Assembly (NCBI GenBank): GCA_965113315.1
Contig: OZ220366.1
Source of the DNA: Podarcis vaucheri
Taxonomy: Eukaryota
Strand: one strand, 5' to 3'
Length of the DNA: 64,000 bases
Numbering within the stretch: position 1 is the stretch's first letter; the number at the start of each line of letters is the position of its first letter. The position numbers and the translations under genes are program-made. Under the pieces are notes generated by a model. That model was not told the origin of the DNA. It searched no databases and was given only the letters and a program-made list of their open reading frames with translations. Below are positions 24,701-34,184 of this stretch, one piece after another.

Positions 24701-27700
24701 AACAGCAAGCAGATGTCCTCGGACCATGGTGCAGATGAATTAAAGGTGCGGAACTTTACTTTTCTTTTAAAATAATCTTATTCAGAATCATAAATGGCAC
24801 AGTCTCTCATCTTTTAAAATGTCACTAGCGTACAACTGTATACAGGGCATAATTAGCATATGGAATTCATTCCTGTTAGATAGGGTAATTAATGGCAGCT
24901 AGCTTGCCTACCTTTGAAAAAAAGAAATTTGTTGCGCTTCAATTTGTCGGTGAATATAAGATTTGATAGCTAAAAATGGAATATTCATAAATTCAAAGAA
25001 GTATGGCAGATGCTGGAATCATAAAACTAACACTTTCTGCAGATGTATAGTCTGTTGGTGAGCAAACGTTCTGCTTGGTAGAGCTTCGGTCTGATCTAAA
25101 ATGGCAATTCTTATTTTCATAATCAGCGATTCTGTGTTTTGTTTTCCCTGAGAACTTTACCCCTCCCCCTTCTACATAGTTAAACTTTAAATTTTATATC
25201 ATTTGTTTTAGTCCTTTAAAATTGTAAATCAGCCTTGGCAGAAAGTCAGCATATAAATGCTGCTTGTTGTTGTTGTTGTTGTTGTTGTTATGGCTTGTGC
25301 TGTTTTAGCTACATAAGGGCCAGCAGTTGCACAGTAAATTCATTATTGATATATAGGAAAAAAGCTTTAGAAAACAGCTATATAAAAATTTCATTATTTA
25401 GGGTCCTCTTGATACAGCAGTTCTGTGTACCAGTTTAAGCATGTGTCTGCAGGTGCTACAGATTTTTTAATTAGCAAGTTCTACAAACTTATTCATACAT
25501 TCCTTGAATTGTCTTGCAAATATATAACTGTATGATTAAGCTATAATGACAAAACAACATCATCTGGAAATATTTAAGATTCTGAAAATGCATATACTTT
25601 TGTGATATTAGTGGCTCGTTCACAGAGGTAATGCTTTCCAAACAAAGTAAGAATCAGAAATCAGTTTGAATAACAATATTTTCAGAAATTACCTGCACAC
25701 ATGCAAATTTTTCAGTCAGCTACTCTTCACATTTATGAGTAATATGTTGAAATGCTTGGAAGATTAACTGTAAAAGCTATTTTCCCACCACATTTTGTTT
25801 TGTTAAAATTATTCCGGAACCATACTAGAGTAGTAGATAACATAGCAGGTTGAAACTCCTAGTGAGTTTGCTTGGCTTTGTTTGGATGAATCAGAATACA
25901 TTGTAAAAGCTGTAACTAATAATGGAGTTTTAGGACAGTGCAGTCCTATGCATATCTACTTAGCTCATTGAGTTCCATGGGTCTTACTTCCAGGTAAAGT
26001 TGTAAAGGATTGCAGTCTACATCTGATGGGCTTCTTCTCAAAACATTCCTGAAAATATCTAGAGTGTACTGATTTTTCACAACATTTTAATGTGATTTTA
26101 GAACTTAATTAATATAACATTAGAAAAAGTTAGCATGGTTCCTCTTGTCATTAGAGCTGCCTTAAGACTTGGAGAGAATGTTTTCACTATATTATAAATA
26201 ATTCCATTTTTTAATTTTAAAAAACAGGTACAAGGAGGATTACCAAATTATGACCCATACACAGGTACAGTGTTTTACTTATATCCTTTAAGTACTTTAG
26301 ATGTGTTAGTATTTAGAAAAGCATACTTGAAAAGCAGGGTACAAACTGAAACTTAGCATTTTTTCTTCTTTTTTTCATTAGAGTTGAAGAACATATTAAC
26401 TAATGGTCGAAAAAGAAAAGCTCAGGACTCATTTTCAGATGTATCCTGTTATAAAAGAACAGCTCCTTTCCAACCTCACCTCCTGGTATGTATTTTTCTA
26501 GTCATTGCTCACGTTGAGACACATTTCTCACCTGCGCAGGATCATTCAAAATTTGCATGCTCTTATTTTACAGACACCTCCACAGACACCAACATCAATG
26601 GATAGCAACATGGAGGACACCCATATGAATGATCCCAAACAAGACGGCAGTTGTGATATGCTGCAGAACATTATGAATATTAAGAATGAATCCTGCCCAG
26701 TTTCTTTGAACACAGTGCAAGTGAGCTGGCTTCACACCATGACTAATCCTAACTCTCCAGGGGAACAGTATCAAGAGATGGTTGGAGCACAAACTTTGTC
26801 ACCTCCTCAAAGGTACCAAGCATTTCAAGCAAGCAGCCCCTCACAGATGATGGAGCTACCCCAGAATTATCAGTTTTCTTCCACACAGACCCAGAACTTG
26901 TCCCAGCATTACAATCCCCTTATGGATTGCAGGCCGCACTCCACTAGCAGCCAGTCCTCTGACTATCAGCATGTTTTTGAAAGCCAAGAACTGCAGTACT
27001 GCCCTACTCAAAGCTTTGCTTCTCTCTTAAGTGATTCAGAAGGGTCGGACATCTCTGCCCCCCTCCCTCAACCACTTCCTCAGCAAGCTGATGTCAGCAG
27101 CCACCCTCAGAATTTCAGTCAGCTACCCAGTAATTTCTGTGGTGCTCTTGAAGAACATGGCGTACCATTGGCTACTTCAAATATGTCTGTGCAACATCAG
27201 GGTATCGCCAGGAACACAGCGCAGCTGGGCAAATCCTTCTTCCAGTGGCAAGTGGAACAGGAAGAAAGCAAACTGGCCAACATCTCTCAAGATCAAATTC
27301 TTGCCAAAGATGCTGATGGTGACACGTGAGTATTGTTCATATTGTTAACCAGTACTAAAATGGAGATAATATGCTTGCAATAAGACACCTCTCTCGTTAA
27401 TTGTCAATTATTGTATTGTGCATTAAAAATAATATGTCACACAGACTTCTATGGCTGCCCTTCAAAATGGGATTAAATTGAGGTGTGCATTCAACAGTGT
27501 AATGATTTGTGGTATCCCTTGCAGTCTACAAGTTACATAAGTTGTTTGGGGTTTAGGATATTTTTAAGGGAAGGGATTTTCATAACACCTTAAACACATG
27601 TGCTTTTTCAGTATTAAAAAGGAAACAAACACACTATTTATTCCCCACAGGTTTCTCCACATTGCAGTTGCCCAGGGGCGCCGAGCAGTTTCCTATGTGT

Positions 27701-30700
27701 TGGCAAGAAAGATGGTAGCCCTACACATGCTGGATATTAAAGAACACAATGGCCAGGTGAGGCTCTCAGCGTAACAGGCTCCCACTGCACGACTCCAAGA
27801 CTTAATGCAAAACACCTTTGAACGCCTGTTAATATTAACTTCAAAGGTTAACATGGCGGCTAATTTATAACGGTGGCCTTAGAAGTACATTGGGCAAGCT
27901 GCACTCTGAAATGGTTGTAGCTTATTGGGAATATTTCATTCTACTTCGGTGATTGCTATTTTCTGGTAGGATTTTGGTGAACATCTTGTTTTTCGTTCTT
28001 ATAGAGTGCCCTGCAGGTGGCTGTGGCTGCAAACCAGCACCTCATTGTACAGGACTTGGTTAGCCTTGGGGCGCAAGTGAATACAACAGATTGCTGGGGT
28101 AGGACGCCTTTGCATGTGTGCGCTGAAAAGGGGCATGCACAAGTCCTTCAGGTAAGCGGCCAGAGCTGAATCTTCCAACTATCTCCCTTTCTCCTGACAT
28201 GTAGCATGTACAGTAAAGATCCAAAAAAAATATGCCTTTCCTTTGGTGCCTCTAGTACTTGGGGGTTATACTAATACTAATGCTTTGGAATCTTGTAAAT
28301 GACTGCTAAGGAGCTAGTATTCCATTACATGTTATGACCTGTGGAACATGCCACTCCCCAACTCACACAGCAGCTAAGTTCTCACCACATCCTGTTCTCC
28401 CCACAATAGGAGGAGTGTAGCTGAATGCAGAAGGGTAGTTTTTACCCCTAGAAGTGACTGTGTGTGGTAATACTATGTGGATCCTGTAGCACAGTTCTGT
28501 CCACACCCCAAAAGTAAGGAAATTGAGCAAAGAAAGAGCATTCAAGAAATTTAATTGGAGGTAGCTGTTTCTGCAGAATGCTAAGAAAGATGTAGGCTTC
28601 ACTATAATTAATACCGTTTACAAAAAGACTGAATATTTTTAAAAAATCTGTGAGCCTTAGTTCTAATATTCTGCATGACTGTGGAATGCCATCTCAGTAG
28701 ATTTAGTGAGTGAATGATATTGGTTAAAATAATCTAAATAATCTAGAATAATATGTGGAGGTTTCAGTTACCACTGTGCGTAGTTGTACAGGATTAACGT
28801 ATGCTCTCATTTCGCACCTACAGGCAATTGAGAAAGGAGCCATTGTGAGCAACCAATACGTAGACTGGGAGGCAACAAATTATGATGGTGAGTAGCCAAG
28901 AATCCCTTTTCTGTGTTGTGTTAGGCAAAGAACCTAATAAAAACATGCTGAATTTGTTGTTGTTGCTGCTGCTTCGGCCCTTGGATTTCATATGGAATAT
29001 GTTACAGGAATATTTTATTATTGACATCCACTTCAAAATAGAAAAATGCAAAGCAACATTTGGAGCAGGGGAAGGCAATCAGGGCCTCTACTAAATACTT
29101 TTAAGCTGGTGAAATACTCATTAATATTTCATCCTACACTTGATGCTCTCCAGTTCATCGATATACAAATCAGAGCCTGCTCCACTGCGTTGAGAATGCA
29201 AGGCAGCTGGACATGATGGTAGCAGGATGACTGCCCCATGTAACTTAAGTCAAAAATTTGGTGTGCCACTGCCAGGAGAGGAATAAAAAATCATAACAAC
29301 CCATTGAAACCTGTGGATATCTTTTATTCTTTTCTTATTTGGGACAGCGGTATCTGCTAAACCTGAACTATATTTTTGTTAAGGGTATCTACACATGGAA
29401 AGGCTTTTCAAAAATATGTATACTTAATTTCACATCTTCCAGTTGCCAAGCAACTTTACCTTAGTTCTTTCTCTAAAGTGATGTAGGAAAGAGGTTAAAA
29501 ATCCTGTAAGGGTTTGCATTGCAAACAAACAAACAGCAGTTGAAACCTGGCTTACTGGTATTTGGGTTGACTAAAGTTTCTGAGTCAGTCATTAGAGAAG
29601 GGAGTCATTCAAAACAGTGTTGTTGTTTTTTTAAAAAATTGCTCACTTGTTGTGTTTCATTATTAGGTTTGACAGCATTGCACTGTGCAGTGGTGGCCCA
29701 TAATGCGGTGGTACATGACATAGAGAGCCAGCAGTCACCTCACACTCCTGAGGTCCAGGAATTAAGGTTGAAAGGCAAAAGGTTGGCAGACACCATCAAA
29801 TTCCTCATTGAGATGCGGGCCTCTGTTGAAGCCAGAGTAAGTACAGCAAGAAAATCATGATAACAAGCCCAGATTTGTGTCTGTGAGTTGAGTCACATAC
29901 TATTTTTTAGCGTCTGTTTCAGTGTCACATTTAACAGTTGATCTGCACCAGCTTCAGACAGTCTTCCTCAGCCTTCAGATGTTTTGGACTATTATCAGCC
30001 CTTGTAGACATGTCTGTAGGATAAGGGGTAGACATTCCACTAAATTTAATGGAACTAACGTTGAACTGAATTCTAAGCATACTTGGAAGTAAACCACATT
30101 GAAATCACTGGGGCTTATTTCTGAGTAAACATGCTTGAATTGTTTTGCGTCTCATTAATTTAATTGGGATTTCATCATGGGTGACTCTTGCTGGGTTGTG
30201 CAAACACTGATCAGTCCAGCAGTAGACTGAAAGTTCTCTTGGGAGTCGAAGCTTGGAATTACTTCGTCTTAATTATTCTAGAGTCATTGTGTCCCAATAG
30301 ATACCACTGTTAGACTCGGACAAGAGGAGATAAAGGTTCCAAACTTCAAAGCCCACCCCAGCCTTGAATCGTTAGGTGCCCCTGTTATCCCCTAGATTCA
30401 TCTCCTGTCTGTAAAATGGAAATATTAGTGGCGACCTCCGAAGTTGTAGGGACAAATAAAAGAAACTATGTAGGGCAGTTTATGTTTTCATGCAATTTGT
30501 TATTATTTTTGGCATTTTGTAAGTGGTTCAGTGCTTATTGTGCAAAATTAACTGGGCTTCTCCCCATCCCCTTGGACAGGATCGTAAAAGTGGCCGTTCT
30601 GCCCTTCACTTAGCAGCGGAAGAAGCAAATGTGGAACTCCTTCGTTTGTTTTTAGAGCTGCCTACTTGCCTTTCCTTTATCAATGCCAAGGTACGTTACT

Positions 30701-32471
30701 GTTGAGCCAGCACTAGAGATTAGCATAAAGCACTATGTCTAATCCAGCATGTAGCTGCTTGAAGGAACAAAGCATCCTGCGTATACATTTTTAAAAAAGA
30801 ATAATGGTGTTTCTTTCATACCTCATCCAGGCATATAATGGTAATACCGCACTCCATGTAGCTGCCAGTTTGCAGCATCGGGTGAGTCAGCTGGATGCAG
30901 TTCGCTTGTTGATGCGGAAGGGAGCTGATCCCAGTGCCAGGAACTTGGAAAATGAGCAGCCGGTTCACCTAGTACCTGATGGCCCTGTAGGAGTTGAGGT
31001 AAGAGATCCAACTAACTGGAGCTCTTTTGAAGTGTAGTGGGTGGTAATCAGGATGGACACCTCTGTCAGTTTGGGCATCTTTCAGTTTCTCTCCCCACCC
31101 CCACCCCCCAGTCTTAAGTTCAGTCTTCACATTTCCATATCTGTTTGCCTTACAAAAATAAAAATCTGCATCAAAACTCATCACCATTTTAGTGCAAATT
31201 TCTCCTAATATGAACATTTGTGCCATGAATTTTTCCATTTTTCCTGGTTATATATATTTCAACAATGCATGCATTTTATGAATTTCAGAGGATAACTGTG
31301 TTTCAATTTGCACACTGCAAATTAGGTGGGTTCACATTAAAATCCAAACTGAGCTGAATTCCTCCCTTATTCCTAGATAGTAAGTTCATACTTTATTTTT
31401 AAGAAGAGACTCTTGCTTTGAGAGTGTAATGTTCGGTTCTTTCCAATTATTGAGTTCTGTTGCTTATTTCCCTAAATGCCAAATATGCAACTTTTGAAAG
31501 TGAACATTTTTTTCTTTTACGTTACAGAGCATGGGTAATTTTAGCAGACTGCAAAAAAGATGTCGAGCAACTAAAAATAAAAATATGTGTGGCATCAGCA
31601 TAATTATGCACATAGAATCATATAGTTGGAAGGGAGTATGAGGGTCATCTAGTCCAACCCCCTGTAGTACAGGAATCTTTTGTCCAGTGTGGGGCTCAAA
31701 CCCGTGACCTTTAGATTAAGAGTCTCATGCTCTACTGACTGAGCTATTCCAGTCTGTAAAGCTACGGATGTAAACATCAGTCTTTTGAGCTTGGGTTGAT
31801 TATTTACCTTAATAATCCTTTACCTGAATAATCCTTGATGCCCTGTACGTTTTTTAGAAACTGCGTCATGGGCAGGTCAGTAAACAGCTAAACTATCGCA
31901 ATCCTGTTGACTTGACTGACTGTACAGCTGTGGTGATGAAATCTGGCTTTTATACTATCAGAATTTATCTGGAAACCTAGTTGGATAGATAGCTTTGTTC
32001 ATTTCAGTTGATGTGTAACTGTCAGCCTAGTACAGTCATACCTCGGGGTGAATACACTTCAGCTTAAATATTAAATATTTCAAATATTTCAGAGTGTGTT
32101 ACTTCCGGGTTTCGTCGCTCGTGCATGCGCAGACGCTCAAAATGATGTCACGCACATGCACGAAAGCGGCAAAACGCGACCCGCGCAGACACGCAGTCGT
32201 GTCTTACGTTCGCTTCAGGATGTGAACGGGGCTCTGGAACGGATCCCTTTCGCATCCAGAGGTACCACTGTACTAGGCAGGTTTCCTTGGAAGTTAAGTC
32301 TCCTCACATTCAATGAGAGTTAGGTGTTAGTAGATGTATTTGGAACTGTAATGTATTTTTTCATAACGTCAGAATTGGTGAACGTTGATAACCCATTGCT
32401 TCTCTTTTGTTCTCCAGATAAGACGGGTCTTGAAAGGAAAAACGACTCAGCAGAGATCACCAGTCTATTAA
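21087..32471 (+). CDS. NFKBIZ: NF-kappa-B inhibitor zeta (IkappaB-zeta), 12 coding exons: join(21087-21339,24606-24745,26228-26264,26382-26485,26574-27325,27651-27756,28005-28151,28824-28887,29667-29836,30580-30690,30831-30998,32418-32471); 701 aa
   Basis: Translated exons give MIVD..., FQGVRVKNSVKELLLH, PVSLNTVQVSW, FQWQVEQEESKLANISQDQ, ankyrin repeats (DGDTFLHIAVAQGRRA, WGRTPLHVCAEKGH, KSGRSALHLAAEEAN, YNGNTALHVAASL) and the C-terminus IRRVLKGKTTQQRSPVY*, all recognisable from IkappaB-zeta. All introns are GT-AG with compatible phases; total 2106 nt. Confidence 0.97.
21966..22045 (+). mobile_element. CR1 3'-tail fragment in NFKBIZ intron 1
   Basis: gcagggggttggactagatgac...ttctatgattgtatga. 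Confidence 0.7.
22244..22399. mobile_element. Non-autonomous DNA transposon with 9-bp TSD, NFKBIZ intron 1
   Basis: TIR CATAGCTGTCA / TGACAGCTATG; TSD AACATATGC at 22235-22243 and 22400-22408. Confidence 0.88.
24606..24745 (+). CDS. NFKBIZ: NFKBIZ coding exon 2 (contains OCA/POU-binding motif and short-isoform Met)
   Basis: acag|TT GAG CAA CGT ATG...; VEQRMGGGKQQRGPFQGVRVKNSVKELLLHLRNSKQMSSDHGADELK; donor AAG|gtgcgg. Confidence 0.95.
26228..26264 (+). CDS. NFKBIZ: NFKBIZ coding exon 3 (37-nt micro-exon, VQGGLPNYDPYT)
   Basis: cag|GTACAA...ACAG|gtacag. It supplies the phase 0 to phase 1 bridge needed between exons 2 and 4. Confidence 0.82.
26382..26485 (+). CDS. NFKBIZ: NFKBIZ coding exon 4 (NLS RKRK)
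   Basis: Long pyrimidine tract + tag|AG; ELKNILTNGRKRKAQDSFSDVSCYKRTAPFQPHLL; donor CTG|gtatgt. Confidence 0.94.
26574..27325 (+). CDS. NFKBIZ: NFKBIZ coding exon 5 (transactivation region)
   Basis: ttttacag|ACACCTCCA (TPPQTP...) to ...KDADGD(T); donor AC|gtgagt, phase 2. Confidence 0.96.
27651..27756 (+). CDS. NFKBIZ: NFKBIZ coding exon 6 (ankyrin repeat 1)
   Basis: ccccacag|G TTT CTC CAC; FLHIAVAQGRRAVSYVLARKMVALHMLDIKEHNGQ; CAG|gtgagg. Confidence 0.96.
28005..28151 (+). CDS. NFKBIZ: NFKBIZ coding exon 7 (ankyrin repeats)
   Basis: SALQVAVAANQHLIVQDLVSLGAQVNTTDCWGRTPLHVCAEKGHAQVLQ; tag| and |gtaagc. Confidence 0.96.
28824..28887 (+). CDS. NFKBIZ: NFKBIZ coding exon 8
   Basis: AIEKGAIVSNQYVDWEATNYD(G); cag| and |gtgagt. 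Confidence 0.95.
29667..29836 (+). CDS. NFKBIZ: NFKBIZ coding exon 9 (ankyrin repeat with insertion)
   Basis: GLTALHCAVVAHNAVVHD...DTIKFLIEMRASVEAR; tag| and |gtaagt. Confidence 0.95.
30580..30690 (+). CDS. NFKBIZ: NFKBIZ coding exon 10
   Basis: DRKSGRSALHLAAEEANVELLRLFLELPTCLSFINAK; cag| and |gtacgt. Confidence 0.96.
30831..30998 (+). CDS. NFKBIZ: NFKBIZ coding exon 11
   Basis: AYNGNTALHVAASLQHRVSQLDAVRLLMRKGADPSARNLENEQPVHLVPDGPVGVE; cag| and |gtaaga. Confidence 0.96.
31611..31752 (-). mobile_element. tRNA-Lys(CTT)-derived SINE with CR1 3' tail (NFKBIZ intron 11)
   Basis: Minus strand reads tagctcagtcagtagagcatgagactcttaatc...gggtttgagcccca (tRNA-Lys-like) fused to gggggttggactagatgaccc...attctatg. 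Confidence 0.85.
32033..32270. mobile_element. Tigger-like MITE in NFKBIZ intron 11
   Basis: TA|CAGTCATACCTC...GAGGTACCACTG|TA. Confidence 0.82.
32418..32471 (+). CDS. NFKBIZ: NFKBIZ last coding exon (IRRVLKGKTTQQRSPVY*)
   Basis: ttgttctccag|ATA AGA CGG...TAT TAA. Confidence 0.95.
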   Translation: MRRVLKGKTTQQRSPVY

Positions 32472-32500
32472 GCTCCATGAGTGAACGATGACCTACGCTC

Positions 32501-32610
32501 GCTGTCAGTTAGGCAGCCGATGTTACTGTAAATAGACCATTTGTCCAGTGGAGGCAAATGTTAGTTGTTTCTATGAAACAAAAATATCTTGTTTACTATT
32601 ATATAGTGGG
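32501..32610 (+). promoter_or_regulatory. NFKBIZ 3'UTR stem-loop cassette (Regnase-1/Roquin CDE-type decay and translational silencing elements)
   Basis: Four hairpins: 32501-32517, 32538-32560, 32565-32581 (UUGUUUC-UAU-GAAACAA) and 32592-32610 (UAU triloop). They closely match the mammalian NFKBIZ proximal 3'UTR as recalled. Confidence 0.85.
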
Positions 32611-34178
32611 TTAATGGCAACACTTCTGAACCAGATGGGAATATTTCATACCCAGGTAGTTTGGATCAGTCTGAGCTGGTCCATTTAACTGACTTTACAA
32701 CAGTAGTGTAACAAATATCAGGCAAGAATAATTGTTACTTTTCAAAAAGAAACTTAAACACTCTAGAGCTGTTGTTCATTACATGAAACATAAGCTTTTT
32801 AAGAATACTAACATAACATTTTGCAAGTAAACATTTATATCATACGTGTTTTATGCAGTACTATGTATAGGATGCTTTGTGATTTTCGAATTGTAATAGT
32901 TTGTTGCAGTTTGATACAGGACAAAACAATTTTTTAACTTTTAAATTTGAGAATTCTGTGTAGAATTCAGTAAAGTTTTTATAAGCATTTAATGGCTTTT
33001 ATAGGTATGTTTTTGTTGAGGGAGTTGATACCTGTGTTAGTCACCTTGCAGACTAAAGTATGAAGGGAACATTTATCATCTCCAGTTTTCCAGCAACAGT
33101 TTATGAAAACTAAAAAAAGAAAAGAAAACATTTTGGACTATTCCCCCCCCCCATTTTTAAGTTATTCTCTTTACATTTAATTGGAGTAACATTTGATTTT
33201 CACACCATTATATATTTTCCCACTTCTCATTTCAGAGTTTCTAACTTAATAAGAAGCATTTATAGAGAGGTTAAAGTTGCTTCTTCATCTGTGCGTTTCA
33301 GATAAGGGATTAAGCATGTTCTTGAGTATATTAGTAACTGGATTTCCAAATGACACCAAATTAGTTTGAATAAAGAGCTCCAAACAGGCAAGAAAATGAC
33401 AAATGAGATTCAGTGTAATTGTCAAGTGATTTACATTTCACATATACCCTGATGGGATCTAAATTTGCTGACCTCAGAGTAAATTGTAAAGGAAATCTTG
33501 GCATTGTGATGGATAGCTCAGTAAAAATGTCCCATCAGCCTTTGCAGACACCATGTCCAGTGGTCAGGGATGATGGGAGGTGGAAACCTCATCTTCAGAA
33601 TGTCAGTTGCCTGGAAAGAAACAGGGTGTGGGTATCATTGCTTCATGCCCTGCATATGACATTCCCAGAGGCATATGTCTGACCATGGTTAGAAATAGGG
33701 TGCTGGACTACATGAACCCTTGGGAAGATCCATCAGGGTTTGTCTTATGTTCATATGCTGAATTTGTCTCTCTGTTTTTGAATTGAGAAAAGTATTTCTC
33801 AGGGCTTTGCAGAAATTTAATTCTATTGTATTGTTTTTACCTCATAGGTATCGTAGGCAGTCAAGTATTAATGTTTTAAGAATGGTAGTAACTATTTTTG
33901 TTGTTGTTGACAATTTTCAAATTAGTATTTCAGATAATGTAGCTAAAGCATATTAAATACATTTATATAGTTATTTGCTTATACAATTATGCAGCATGCT
34001 TTTAAGTCTACTCCCTCTGTACATTTACTGTTTCCTGAGTGACTATTCTGCATTGCATATCTTTTCCATAGTTATTCTGATCATATTGTTTGACCAAGTA
34101 TGTCTTGTAGACAAATAATTGGAGCAATGTTATCTCCAAAGCAGAGCTTATTCTTGTAATATCTGATATACATTTTGG

Positions 34179-34184
34179 AATAAA
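34179..34184 (+). terminator. Probable NFKBIZ polyadenylation signal (AATAAA); alternative at 33369-33374
   Basis: AATAAA about 1.7 kb after the stop, followed by GU/U-rich sequence. Confidence 0.55.

Noticed and set aside
31680-31752. tRNA-Lys(CTT) gene
   Set aside because: Mutated stems and B box, fused to a CR1 tail: a SINE head, not a functional tRNA.
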